Of a DNA stretch of 64,000 nucleotides, positions 14,211 to 29,428 are shown in pieces. Below the pieces are notes generated by a model. The model made no database searches, had not been told where the DNA came from, and worked only from the letters and a program-made list of their open reading frames with translations. Within the stretch, counting starts at the first letter, position 1; the number at the start of each line of letters is the position of its first letter. The translations under genes and the position numbers were made by a program. Where the stretch lies: contig OZ024747.1 in assembly GCA_964016885.1 (NCBI GenBank), positions 57,846,001 to 57,910,000 on the forward strand, written 5' to 3'. The DNA comes from Eledone cirrhosa (Eukaryota).

Positions 14211-14965
14211 ACATACGAATCTGATAAAGGGCAATCGAAGTTCATCACAGAGGAACAGTTGAAGATACTGTATCATGTGAACAAAGAATATTTGTATCAA
14301 ATGGAACGCCTAACCATTAGAACACATCTATTCCACATAAATTCCAAATCATACAGAGGTCAACCTTGATTTTCGTCTTTTCGCAGTTGCTTGTTTGAAG
14401 TATCAGTCAAGTAGTTATACGGATATAACTGACAATCACATTTCCGAAATTGATAGGTCCGAGCTGGTCCACGAGGAGCAACAGAGTTACCAAACTAACT
14501 GCTTTGGTATAGGTCCCTCATTTTCAGCATCCCCAAGTAAGCAATTCTCTATGTATTTACCATTATATTTCAAATTTAGAGAAATACATATTCATAGAAA
14601 ACTAACAATGAATAACAAATTTTCTAATACATTCTTCATGCATTTCCGGTGAAGTATGATAGACTCTGCAGCAAATATCTACTTCCTCTTTTATATGAAC
14701 GGTTATTCGATAAACCAATGCAGTCTAGTGATAATAGAATTATAAATGATCCATATCAATATTTAATATTTTTATGAATCCGGCAACTTTTCAAGATTCT
14801 GGATGAATAAATTGTATTTCATTCTGTTTATATTCTATAGTGTTTTTATTTTCTCTGTACGGTTTCGATGTTACCGAAATACATTATTAATGTACATAAA
14901 TTGTAAGCAAGTAACATACATTACATTTAAACAGAATATATATATATACATACACACACACACAC

Positions 14966-15033
<68 letters not shown>

Positions 15034-15189
15034 AAATATTCAATTCGAAATCGTTTCCTTTACTCCATGTTACGTGTTTCGGATCTTCAGTCGATTAAAA
15101 ACTTGAATGGAACACGGGGAAGGTATTTAACGAGAACCAGACGTATCGATGTATCGATCAGAAAAGTGATTGGATCTCCAACATAACTG

Positions 15190-16590
15190 TCAGCACCGTT
15201 ACCACCATCACCATCGTCAACATTATCACCACTATAACACTATCACTATCAGCAGCAACTCCAACAACAGCACCAGCACCACAACCACAACCATCACCAC
15301 CACTACTACCATCATCAACAACACTATCACCACCACCACTACCACCAACAACAACACTATCACCACCACCACTACCACCAACAACAACACTATCACCACC
15401 ACTACTACCACCACCAACAAGACTATCACCGACCACCATTAACACCACCACAACTACCATCAACAACAACACTAACAGCAACACCACTACCACCATCAAC
15501 AACACTAGCAACACACCACCACTACCACCATCAACAACACTATCACCACCACCACCACTACTACCACCATCAACGATACTACCACCCCACCACCACCACC
15601 ACCACTACCACCATCAACAGTACTATCACCACCACCACCACTACTACCATCAACAACACTATCACCACCACTACCACCATCAACAATACTGTCACCAACA
15701 CCACTACCATCAACAGCAACACTAACACCAACACCACTACCACCATCAACAAACACTATCACCACCACCACTACCACCATCAACAAACACTATCACCACC
15801 ACCACCACCACTACCATCATCAACAACACTATCACCGCCACCACCACCACTACCACCACCAACAACACTATCGCCGCCTCCACCACTACCATCATCAACA
15901 ATACTATCATCACCACCACCACTACCACCAACAACAACACTATCACCACCACCACTACCACCATCAACAACACTATCATCACCACCACCACTACCACCAC
16001 CAACAACACTATCACCACCACCACTACCATCATCAACAACAATATCACCGCCACCACCACCACCACTACCACCACCAACAACACTATCGCCGCCTCCACC
16101 ACTACCATCATCAACAACACTATCATCGCCACCACCACCACTACCATCATCAACAACACTATCATCACCACCACCACTACCACCACCAACAACACTATCA
16201 TCACCACCACCACTACCATCATCAACAACAATATCACCGCCACCACCACCACCACTACCACCAACACCAACACTATCGCCGCCTCCACCACTACCATCAT
16301 CAACAACACTATCATCGCCACCACCACAACTACCATCATCAACAACATTATCATCGCCACCACCACCACTACCATCATCGCCACCACCACCACTACCACC
16401 AACGACAACACTATCACCACCATCACTACCACCATCAACGACACTATCATCACCACCACCACTATCAACAACACCATCACCACCACCACCTCCACCACTA
16501 CCGCCACCAACAACACTATCACCACCACCACTACTACCAACAACAACACTAGCACCAACACCACCACCAACATTTCCACCGCCATCACGA
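15190..16590. repeat. ACC/AAC-rich degenerate minisatellite (ACCACCACTACCACCATCAACAACACTATC-like units)
   Basis: Direct inspection. Confidence 0.9.
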
Positions 16591-16976
16591 CTTCAAAGTC
16601 ATCCACCATATCTAATGTATCATTAAGCCATACCTTAGTTGTTTCTAATCTTGAAGATTTACAGGTTAGTAAACGTCAATATTTCTTAGGATCTTTCTAG
16701 AAGTTCTGGCTATTCTTATCGACAGTTCTTATCATTTGTTGGCTGGAAGTAAATTCTAACTGTTGTCACATTTTATCTGGGAAGTTGCCATTCCTATTGT
16801 TCCGTTCCAACAGGTGTCTCGTTACTGACTTGGCAGAATTGATCAGTGGGGCATTTTTAGTTGTGCCCATTCTGAGTTCAATTAGAAACACATCTAGACT
16901 AACATTTAGTCTATGGTGATTAATTATGGTGCTTGCATATTCACATCTATCTATCTATCTATCTGTTTATGTCTGG

Positions 16977-17034
<58 letters not shown>

Positions 17035-17044
17035 ATTTCTGGCA

Positions 17045-17083
<39 letters not shown>

Positions 17084-17099
17084 CCTCTCTCTCACACTC

Positions 17100-17131
<32 letters not shown>

Positions 17132-17397
17132 ATATATCTATCTATCTATCTATCTCTCTCTCTCTATATATATATAAACTTAAGACAAACGAAGAGACGA
17201 TAAGACAATGCACGAAAACAGTTTTTAAGGGGAGATCTTTATATATATATTTAATACAACAACAGAGATAGTTTAAAGCTAAACTCTGACTGGTAACCAT
17301 CTCACTCAACAAACATTAGGTTATATTAAAATATAAACCCAATTTAAGTGTTTGGGGTGCTAACAATATGTATAATGTGGAAAAACCAGTTGTATTA

Positions 17398-17459
<62 letters not shown>

Positions 17460-17462
<3 letters not shown>

Positions 17463-17830
17463 CTATGAAAATCGAAGGACATATAGTTCAGCCATCTTGG
17501 TTTTGCCCGAAGATATCTAAACCAACAGATATAGAATGTAGAATGCTTATATTCAATGCTGGTTTGTGCGTGAAAGAGCGGCTTTTCCCTCTTGATCTAC
17601 TTCTTCGGAAACACTTACCAGCATATACGGATGTGATATTTTTGAGACAAAGCAAGTGGAGCATGCTGTTTTAAAGTGTTAACTCCGCAAGGGGACAGCC
17701 AGTTCAAATGTCACCTCTGCGAACGTGCTTGCAAAACAAAAGCGGGTTTGAAAAGTCACCTGTGTGCACATGATCATGCAATGTTCAATGAAGGGATGGC
17801 ACTCGTTGGACAAGATTTTGAAATCAACAT
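17460..17830 (+). mobile_element. Probable RTE-like LINE 3' end carrying a C2H2 zinc finger
   Basis: FKCHLCERACKTKAGLKSHLCAH; similar to the last finger of 53628-54148; followed by a (TGTA)n tail. Confidence 0.55.
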
Positions 17831-18039
17831 GTATGTATGTATGCAGGTATGTGTGCATGCATTTATGTGTGCATGTATGTATGTATGGGTGCAATTGTAT
17901 AAGTGAACAGAAAATCACTTTTGTAAATGCGAGGAAAAAATGTTTTCTTCTTGGTGAAAACATATCTAGAGATTTGTTCTTTGTTTCTATATGAAATGTC
18001 TGTACACACACGCACGCGCGCACACACTCACACACAGAC

Positions 18040-18103
<64 letters not shown>

Positions 18104-18105
<2 letters not shown>

Positions 18106-18328
18106 ACGAGATGTCAACATGAATGGACCTGTTATTTTTATCTAAAGACGTTTTTTTCCAATTCCACCCCACCCGTCTCTTTTATCTATCTTATTTCTCA
18201 TCCTTTCTTCTGATGAAGGACTAGCGTCTGAAACGTTAAGACCCTCTTACTGTTATTTCAAGCGTTAACCTAATATATTCCTTCTATATACTGTACTGAT
18301 TGTGTTGTTATTTCTGTTTACCTTTTAC
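18104..18328 (+). mobile_element. Hammerhead element family A, copy 2 (HHR 18206-18241)
   Basis: TCTT-CTGATGA-A-GGAC tagc GTCT-GAAA-CG-TT-AAGA. Confidence 0.85.
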
Positions 18329-18835
18329 ATACATACATATATATATATATATGCATACATACACTCATGCTGGTACACACACAGCCACACGCAGAGTCAC
18401 AGAAACACACATATACACACTCACCTCTACACACACGCACGCAAAGACACGCCCACATACATACGTATGTCGCCATACTTCAAAATCGTGTAAGGTGTAA
18501 GCAATACTATGTCCGATCAATCTTTCGTGTATCTCATGTTGTGCGGTGTATTCTGTACTGTGATATACGGTCTTTGTGGGATTGTGTGACTGTGATAGAG
18601 TGTACTAGTAATGGAACTAATCATTTGCTATAGTATGCAGGCTAACTTATGATATGTTGTATAACGCCGCTATGTCGGAATGTCGCAATTTCTTAAGAAG
18701 CTGTAGACAGGAGCGTTGGTATGAACAGACTTGAATACATTCAATGAAGATTTGGGAGAGTAACATAATGTAAGTTTTGTATCAGATTTCTAAATAATAT
18801 CTCGGGTTGATACCTATTACAGTATCTAGATTACT

Positions 18836-18960
<125 letters not shown>

Positions 18961-19171
18961 TGATATTCTTTTGCCGCCTTTCTTCTTATATCACTGGAAC
19001 ATTTCTCCTGCTAATGACGTGTCATATCATATTCACAGGCTGATAAATGCGAACCGAGATTACACTTGTGATATATGTTGCATACATGCTATTTATCTAT
19101 TCATAAATAAATATACACATACATTATATATACATACATATACATACATACATGCATACATACATACATAC

Positions 19172-19225
<54 letters not shown>

Positions 19226-19969
19226 ATCCTTGTTTTCTATTACTTTTTTAGGATTCGGTTTCTACTCCTTTACATTTGTTTCTTTTGGGTTTTATTTTGC
19301 CTATTATCTTTTTTTTTTCTTTACCGCCATCTTTCTTTGTATCTTCTCTGTAACACCCTTTCTCCTTATTCTTCTTATATACCATTATTCTTTAGATGTT
19401 TTTACCTCTTTCTTTCGATAAGGTCATTCTATTAGTGTCTTCAAATATCTATTCAGATTATAAATCATCTCCAACGTCTCACAATGAAATTTACTATCAA
19501 TCAAACCGATGATCTGGTGTGTTTTCTATCAAACAAATTAATGCGATGAAAAATAAGTACACTATTATTCCTTCACGACTACAACCATCGTTGCTTTCTC
19601 TACTTTTAGTGAGGGACATATTAAAGTGATCAGGAAATTATTTCACTCTCGTGCACAAACTATATCTTCTACAAAGATATATATCTAAAACTACCTGGTA
19701 ACTTGATACTCATATTCACACACACAGCCTCCCCCTGTGTATGTGTATATATATATATATACATATACCTGTGTGTGTGTCTGTGTGTGTTTGTTTCTGT
19801 GTGTATGTGTGTGTGTGTTTATTTGTATATGACTAAAGCACAAAATGATGGAATCAGAACGATTACTGAAATATGTAGAGGCGAAAATAACGCGAAGAGA
19901 CAATAAATATTACGGAATGTGTTTAGAAAATATAATATATATATTTCCTGCTGTTGGTTCTAATACAGA

Positions 19970-20863
<894 letters not shown>

Positions 20864-21823
20864 TTGTTATACTCTCTTACTGATATCAGTCATTACTCTG
20901 CGGCTGTACAATCTCATCACATTCAAGTGACTAATTCTCCATTTCAATCGCTGCATTTATCTTTATTGCAACTATTCTCCTTCTTTTATTGACCTGCATT
21001 AATCGAACGGCCAACTTATAAGACACAACCAAACGATAGAGGAAAAACGCACGTGGATATATATACATCCATAGACACACACGCACATACGCACATACAC
21101 ACATACACACACTGCCCTTTCCAATGGGTTTCTGCATAGTTTCCGTGTATCGAATTTCACAGGCAAGGCATTGGTGTAACTGAAGGTATACTATTAGACA
21201 CTTACCTACAATGGCCTGGCTGCAAATGAATGAAAGAAGCTGTTATGAATATTCTTTGTACGTTTTTCGTTGAATAGGCCCATTAAAATACATACACAAA
21301 CACACAATCTCTCTCTCCCCCTCTCTCTCTCTCTTTCTGTCTTCCTGTCTCTTTCACTATCTTTCTATTCCTCTCCCCATTTCGCTCTTACTCTCTCGTT
21401 CTATCTCTCCTTCTATCTCTCTCTCTCTCTGACTGTTACATTATTTATGTTGGCAGAAGTCCAACAATTTTGGAGATAGAGAAAGTCGAATATATTGGTC
21501 TGAATACTTTATTGGTACTTTATATTATGAACCACGGCATGATGAAAGGCGAGCTTGACGATTGAACTCACAGACGTAAAGAGCCAGAAAAAAATATTTA
21601 TAACCATTTATTAATGAAACGATCCAATGACGCTGGCTGTCTATAATAATAATAATTGTTTCTACTTTAGGCACAAGGCCAGCAATTATCCAGTACATTA
21701 CTGGTCTATACTAATAATAATGATGATTTCTTCATTGGGAACAAGGGCTGACATCAAGAAAAACATTACAGACGTCACAGGATGGTACAGGACGGTACGA
21801 TGTGGGTTTTCTGCGTGTAAAGA

Positions 21824-22448
21824 TTTTTATTATTTATATAAGAAACGAAAAAGAAAAAAGACATAGAAACATATATATATAAACAATAAAAATGAAAATT
21901 CAAACAATGAAAAATTCCCCAATAGGGGGGAAACCTCCGAGGATTACTCGTGACGAAAACCACACAAAAGACCACGGCCACCCTGACCACCAGGGAAAAC
22001 GCCCTCTCTCAATATGTCCCCATTTCTCAAACTACAGACGTATATTCAGAGCAGTCCCGTTCACTCGGACTTTTCTCGCTACATTCACACACCTTTCAAC
22101 AAACTTGCTAGAAGACAGCAGTTGCCTCACCACCCTTACTTTCCTCTTCAAGTGAAACTTGAAAAATTTAATCTGCGATTCGCCGAAGAGGAAAGTATCT
22201 GTCTTTAACCCTTTCAACCTTGTCAACCACACAATCTGTTTCGCCATGGCCACCAGGCAGGTGAAAACCGCCTGCCCTTCCTCCTCGAAGGAAGACGGCG
22301 AGACCATCTGCACAATGGACTCAGTCGATAACCGGATCGGTCCTACACGCGACAGCAACTGTACGACATAGCTCCACAAGTCAGCAATGCTTAGGCACTG
22401 AACGAGTGCGTGCACGGCGGTTTCGTCGCTCTACGCGCATCTCGGATC
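21824..22448 (-). mobile_element. L1/Tx1-like LINE 3' end (CCHC knuckle, C-terminus, 3' UTR, A-rich tail)
   Basis: Minus frame PRCA*SDETAVHALVQCLSIADLWSY...AKQIVWLTR; ends AATAATAAAAA. Confidence 0.75.
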
Positions 22449-22949
22449 TCTTACCATGACACTCACGACCACTTCCTCACACATTCACACCAGTAAATCC
22501 CCAATCTATTTTTAGAAAACTGTCACTGACTGCTACCTACCTCCCTTCTCAGTGCCTAATGTGTGGGTATATATATATATGTGCGTATATACATACGTGT
22601 GTATAAGTATGCACGCGTGAATGTATATTTATGTATGTGCATGGAGTCCACATAAAGGACGAAACAAAGGGGAAGAAAAAAAGAATACTAGCATCCCATT
22701 TACACCTCAAACTCAAAATAGACAGAAAATAACATCGAAGAAGCAACTCCTATAAGCTACAATGTCACCCTACCCATTACCACTCCCAGAACCCCCGCCC
22801 CAGCATTAATGTCCCTGCCACCACCACCAACACCACTCACACGACAAGAACAGTTCAGAAAATTCTCGTACACCTCTTACAGCTGCAACCATAACAATAT
22901 CACATCAATCAACAACAGCAATGACCATTACTTTACTGTAATAATGATC

Positions 22950-25900
22950 TTAGTGCCAGCCAGCAAATGCACTACCGAAAGAGCCGGGCAACTTTCCATG
23001 TACGTCCAATACCATGCGTAACGTAAGCATATACTGCGAGGTGAACAAATAAAAATACACAATGCCAAATCGCTTTTCCTATGGTTAATCAGGAAGCGCG
23101 TCCCTCAGGAAGGTGCCAACCTGAGATCGAAACATCCTTCTCTGGCACAAACTCTTCTCCAATTATGGACCTGGATGGTCATTTGATCGGCGATTACCCC
23201 AATTCGAGCCCTCTAGATCCACCACCCAAACCACTTCAAAAAGAAAAACATAAAAGGATGAAATGGACCCGAGAAGTGTATAAAGAAGTAATATATGCAT
23301 ATTACTATGCATTAGGTAAGCCATCACAAGACAGACACACTTTAAACTCCTATAAAATCTGGAAAACACGGAATCAAGCTAGCAGACGCGATATGGAAGG
23401 AAATAAGTTGGCAAATGTAAGGAGGTATATCTTCAGAAATAATAGACTCACAGACACTGAAATAACTTCGATCAAGCAGGCTGTGGAGAATGACATAAAT
23501 ATAAATGATAAAAGAACTGAAGAATCTCCTGGAGATAGTAACCAGTCAAAAGTCTTTACTGAAAGACCTCCATCTGACCAAATCACAAATAGGTTTGTAG
23601 AAATGAGAAGCCCTATTGAACCCGGGGAAAATAGCCAGGAGAGGGACTTAGAAACAGTAATTGAAAATCAAACATCTGCTGAAGAACACAGGGAGACTAT
23701 GAAGGAATTAAAGCAAAAAATATTGAATGAGCTTGCAGTAGTAAGACATTCTAGTATAAATGATAGAGAACCACTTAAGAAACTCCCAAAATACAATCCA
23801 AAATAGAAAACAAATAATGATTGGTAATTCTGTGACAAAAGAAATCATAGAAGAACTAGAACCTGATCTTACTGAGTTAAATGAAATCATTTATGCACCT
23901 GCTAGAGTAATTGTAACAAGTTGTTTACCACCAAAACAACAAAAAATGTCGAACCTTCGAGGTAAACCAATTTGGAGGAGTAGAATCGAAAAGGAGATTG
24001 ACGTAATGAGAGGAGAAATATCTTTATTGAGTGAGTTAACCGCTGGAAAAGATATAAGATCCAAGAAGGTAAGAAAGCTAAATAGAAAATATAGAATGTC
24101 TTCTAGAGAAGCAATAGTTTCAACAAAAGAATCTCTGAAACAAAAAGTCCAAGTAAAAGCCCAACGCATTCGTAGATTCGAAAAACGAAACAACTTCTAC
24201 AGGGAAAATAAGTTATTCTCATCCAATGCCAAGTCATTTTATAGAGAAGTAGGGAAGACCCTCCGTCCATAGAAGAAGTTGAAAACTTCTGGAGTAAGAT
24301 TTGGAGAGATGAGAAGACATATAATGGTAATGTAAATTGGATTAGTCGCCTGGAAAAATCCTCCACAAATTTAGAGAAACAGGCGTGGGAAGACATCCTA
24401 TAGCGGACTTAAGGAAAGCACTCAATAAATCAAATAAATGGAAATCTCCTGTTAGAGACAGGGTGCCAAATTTCTAGCTTTCCTCACTCCCGTGCATCAA
24501 CAATATATTGGTCAAGCTGTTTAATGGAATTATGAAAGATCCAAAAAATACACCTGATTGGATAGCAAGTGGCATTACTTAGCTTCTAACAAAGAACAAC
24601 AAAACCAAAGATCCAAAAAAACTATCGGCCCATAACCTGCTTGTCCACCACTTATAAACTATTAACCTCTATTCTCATGGTAAAAGCATACCTGTTTTTG
24701 GAGGAGAACAATCTTTTCCCCATTGAACAAAAGGGGTGCCGGCGAGGTTCATATGGTTGCAAAAATCAGCTTTTCGTTAATCGTATGAACCTTGAGAACT
24801 GTCATAATAAACAGAGAAATCTCACTTCTGCATGGATCGATTATAAAAAAAGCCTTTGACAGCATACCACACTCATGGATTCTGAGATCACTGGACATCT
24901 TCAAAATCTCACCTGTGATCTCAAACTTCCTGAAACACAATATGTCATTATGGAACACAAATCTCCAATTGTCTCATTCCACTGGGGTACTGTGCTCTAG
25001 GAATATAAACATCAACTGTAGTATATTCCAGGGTGACTCAGGTTCACCCTTGCTTTTCTGCATAGCTTTAAGACCCCTTACATCCGAACTTAATAAACAG
25101 GTACTGTTATAGAATTGACAACAAAAAATAAGCCACTTATTTTATATGGATGATTTGAAGCTATATTGCAAAGATAATGACGAACTGGAAGGCTTTTTGC
25201 GGACAGTAAAAACGTTTAGTGATGAGATCAGGATGGAGTTTGAACTTGAAAAATGTGCAAACGCCACTTTCAAGAAGGGGAAGCTTTTCAACTCAGACTC
25301 AGTTGAATTGGATGCTGAAACAATCATAGCAGGGACAAACTTATAAATACTTAGGGATTAATGAGGGCTCTGGCATACAACATGCAAGTATGAAAGAGAG
25401 GATAATGAAATAATGTTACAAGAGAGTACGTGCAGTTCTGAGATCAGAACTAAACGCTCGTAACAAGGTGCTAGCCATAAATTCCTTGGCAGTCCCAGTT
25501 GTCACTTATAGCCTCGTTGTGTTGAACTGGAATATGAGTGAAATCAAAAGAATCGACACCAAAATCCGTAAGGCAATGACCTGTAATAGGATGCACCACC
25601 AAAAAGCAGATGTGGATCGTCTTTACCTTCCTAGAACTGAAGGAGGCCGTGGCCTGATCCAATTTGAACTTGCTTACAAGACCACCATCATTGGACTGGT
25701 AAAATACCTTGAAACAACTAACGACTGTATGCTAAAACTTGTTGAAAACCATGATATAAGTAAGAAGCTTTATTCTATCTCGAAGGAGAGCAAAAACTAT
25801 GCTACTGATCTCATGCTTGATACCCAGGATGGACAGACTAAAGGAACTGTTGCAACTGATGCTGCTATGCACATGAAATCACTGGCAAAAGCAAAAGGGC

Positions 25901-26878
25901 AAGGACAATTAACATCAAAGTGGGAGCAGAAACCTCTGCATGGCAAATATGTGGCCCGTTGCAAACAAGCTGATGTTGACCAAAAAGCACACCCATCAGT
26001 GGCTACGTAGTTCAGGGCTAAAGGCGGAGAGTGAAGGCTTCATCTTAGCTGCCCAAGATCAAAGCTTATTGACTCATAATTACCAGGCCAATGTGATGAG
26101 AAACGGAATAAACCCAATGTGCCGATTCTGGAATGCTGAGGTTGAAACAGTGGATCGCTTAGTCTCTGGATGTAAAGTTTTAGCACCAGTAGAATACAAA
26201 TATAGACATGACAGTGTTGGCCAATATATACATTGGGTAATATGTCGGCATTACAAAATCAAAACTGAAGATAAGTGGTACAATCATCACCCTGAGGCTG
26301 TAACTGAAGGAGAAAAAGTAACAATTCTCTGGGACTTTCTTGCACATACTGACAGGACCATAAAAACAAATAGACCTGACATCATTGTAAAAGATCAACA
26401 TAACAAGGTCTGTTTATTGATAGATATGACCATCCCATGTGATCACAATATCGCGGCAAAAGAATTTGACAAGCTACGAAAATATAAAGATCAGTTTATT
26501 GAAATTGAGAAAATGTGGCACCTCAAGGCCGTTACAATACCAGTGATTGTGGGAGGACTGGGAATGATCAAGAAAGGAACAGAACAATATTTGCGAATGA
26601 TTCCGGGTTTACCCTCTCTGCACGAGGTGCAGAAATTATTTTGACTGGTACTGCACACGTATTGAGAAGAGCACTGTCTCTGTGGGATTGGTGTCCCTCC
26701 TTGTATTTACATATGCTTATGAACATGTGTATATATATATATATACTGTTTTTTCTTTTTTTAAAATTATAATCAATATGCTGTATTAACTGGCTTACCA
26801 ATGCACACTGTGAATTTATTTGCCCTAGGTGTCAGGAAGACACTCGGCATATATCTCAAAAACAATATTCAAAGAAAA
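22950..26878 (+). mobile_element. Near full-length R4/Dong-like non-LTR retrotransposon (RT plus restriction-like endonuclease), frameshifted
   Basis: MKWTREVYKEV N-terminus; YRPITCL, EQKGCRRGSYGCKNQL, WIDYKKAFDSIPH, IFQGDS, YMDDLKLY; RHD, RPDIIV, IDMTIP, KLRKYKD; (TAA)n tail; split over ORFs 23081-26644. Confidence 0.92.
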
Positions 26879-27729
26879 TAATAATAATAATAATGATAAT
26901 TAATAATAATAATTACAATAATATTAATAATGAGTAGGAAGATAATGATTATCATTATTGCTATTATCATTAACATTTTCATTTATTTTTTTATATTTAT
27001 TCAATTCTTTATATATGATATATATTTGATTTTTTATTTGCTGAATTATTTTACGATTTTAGTATGATCAAACATGCAGACACAGCAACCTAGATAACTA
27101 TAACAATAATATCAACAACCTCAATCATTGGGATAAGAGCTATATCGATAGACTTATTAATAACGATTGCAACAAAGAAAATACATTAATTAGAAAAGCA
27201 ACATGAAACATTGGTTGATAGATTAATTAAATTTAATTTTCCTTTCATTAACTCTCTTGTTATTTGATTTTCTCATCTCTTCAGATGATTCTAAATAAAA
27301 AAAAAGATGGAAATTCCTTAATCTCTCCAGACATTTTGACTTGACTTTGGGTATTGCAGCAACAGCTACAACGACAATAACAACAACAATAACACCAACC
27401 ACAACAAAAGTATTAATCACAGAATCAGTAACAAATGATCAAATATATTTCATGATTTGTAGGACAAACAATAACAGCAACAATAACAATACTGATATCA
27501 ACATTTTGGCAAAACTAGCTGTTTTGGGTGGACGAGAAAGGTCGATTATATCAAACAGTTTGACTGGTATTGTATTTTATCTAGCTCGGAAGGATAAATG
27601 GCCGAGTCTATCTCCGTGGGATTTAAATTGAGAACATAAAGGGCTAAAATATATTACTGTCAAACATTCGTTTGACGCTTCAAAGATTCTGCCAATAATC
27701 TGAATGAATTCCAACTATGATAAAAATAA

Positions 27730-27940
27730 TGATTTCTGATTTACGTATAAGTTCAACAATTTGAGGGGAGGGAAAAGTCGATTACATTGACCCAGTACGT
27801 TACTGGTACTTTATTTTATCGACTCTGTAAGGATAAAAAGCAAAGCTAATCTCGGCAGTATCTGAAATATAAAGGTCCGTAAGAGTATGCAACAAAGCAT
27901 GTTTTCTGACGCTCTACCGTTACCACCGATCGCCCCCACC
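27730..27940 (-). mobile_element. SINE family 1, diverged copy
   Basis: ACTGGTACTTTATTTTATCGACTCTGTAAGGATAAAAAGCAAAG core. Confidence 0.7.
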
Positions 27941-28120
27941 TATGCGAAATTAATAAAAATAATAATAATAACTACTTTCTAAATGTTATTTTTCAAAGCG
28001 TTTACAACTATTTGTTACACCGAATACTATTTCATATAGAAATGTCTTGTACATAACATCTTCTTCACGATTGCCATTGGAAAACCATTCTTAATTACAC
28101 ACATATATATATATATATAT

Positions 28121-28257
28121 AGCGAGGGAAAAGTGGTAAGGAACCAGGTGGACCATAACGCACCAAAGTACTCAATACTTAGGGTAGTAGAGTGGGTAAT
28201 AGGAGTAAGTAAGACCCCGACGGCTGAGCTCAAGCCGTTTCGACGGCTAATTCTGTA
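28121..28257 (-). mobile_element. TA-inserted element family B
   Basis: Reverse complement of 63416-63549; TA tracts on both sides. Confidence 0.8.
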
Positions 28258-28272
28258 CGCATATATATATAT

Positions 28273-29266
28273 ATAAATTAATAAAAAACAATGAAATTAA
28301 AACAAAGAACAGGTTCCTTATATTGAAAAAAAATCATCATTTTACGATCCTTTCTGGGATATATATGTGTGTTAATATGTATATCATGTTAAAGATCTAT
28401 GTAAAAAAATATTACAAATTATCAGAGGAGATATACATACCTTCACCTACATATGCCATCTTCAGAAATGATGAAGTATATTTATTGAATGAAACAAAGT
28501 ATTAATACAAAAAGTCTGTTTGGGAACAGATTTTGAATTGACCAATAGAAAAGAGTTAGAGGTCAAGTTAATAGAATAACAGTAGTAGAACTTTATTTAT
28601 GTAAATTTATGCTTTGAATGAAAATAATACAATGGGGAAGAGAGAGATAGGGGTTAACATGAGGTCAAGTCAAGGAGATAGTGAAGGATTCCCCAAAAAT
28701 TGATGTTATTAAAGAATGCTGTTAAAAACGAAGGGAAAACATTTTTTTGTGGGATGAAAGTGTTAGTGAGAAATACTACTCCTGTGTAAATTTCAAGGAA
28801 CCTAGATACATAAAAGGAAATTAAATTAATTGATAGATATATTTACAGAATTAAAATTATATTACTTCTTATGAATGTGATAAATAAAGAAGTAAACAAT
28901 ATTAAAAAAAAAATATATATATATATATAGAAAAACTAAAATAGATAAAATATTATAAAAAGTAGTGTATCTATCTAAACATCCATAATATTAAAGATAT
29001 TAATTATATTTACTAATCCTAGGTATTAACTGTGATAAATAGGGGGTGTTTCTTTCAATAAACATACTTCATCATTTCTGAAGATGGCATGTATAGGTGA
29101 AGGTATGTATATCTCCTCTGATAATTTGTAATATTTTTTTACATAGATCTTTAACATGATGTAAATACCAACACACATATATATCCCAGAAACGATAGTA
29201 AAATGATGATTTTTCAATATAAGGAACCTGTTCTTTGTTTTTATTTCATTGTTTTTATTAATTTAT
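28273..29266. mobile_element. Inverted pair of about 220-bp hammerhead-bearing repeats (HHR 28334-28474 minus; 29069-29209 plus)
   Basis: TCATCATTT-CTGAAGA-TGG...(about 100 nt)...CCA-GAAA-CGAT(C/A)G-TA-AAATGATGA; 9-bp stem I. Confidence 0.8.
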
Positions 29267-29391
29267 CTTGACTTTATTTTTATCGTTAAATTTTGAATGC
29301 ATTTTCTCTTTTCATGATATCTTCTATATTTGGATTACATTGAGTTCTTCGTACGGATTGGACACTACCGTTTATTTTGGTAGATTTATCT

Positions 29392-29428
<37 letters not shown>

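Noticed and set aside
15045-15096. Minus-strand CTGAAGA-TCC-GAAACACGTA
   Set aside because: No stem II and no matching stem I; not counted
15746-16609. 287-aa Val-rich membrane-protein-like ORF
   Set aside because: Antisense reading of the ACC/AAC minisatellite
17676-17906. Host C2H2 zinc-finger gene
   Set aside because: Single finger in a disrupted frame followed by a simple-repeat tail; resembles the LINE tail at 53628-54148
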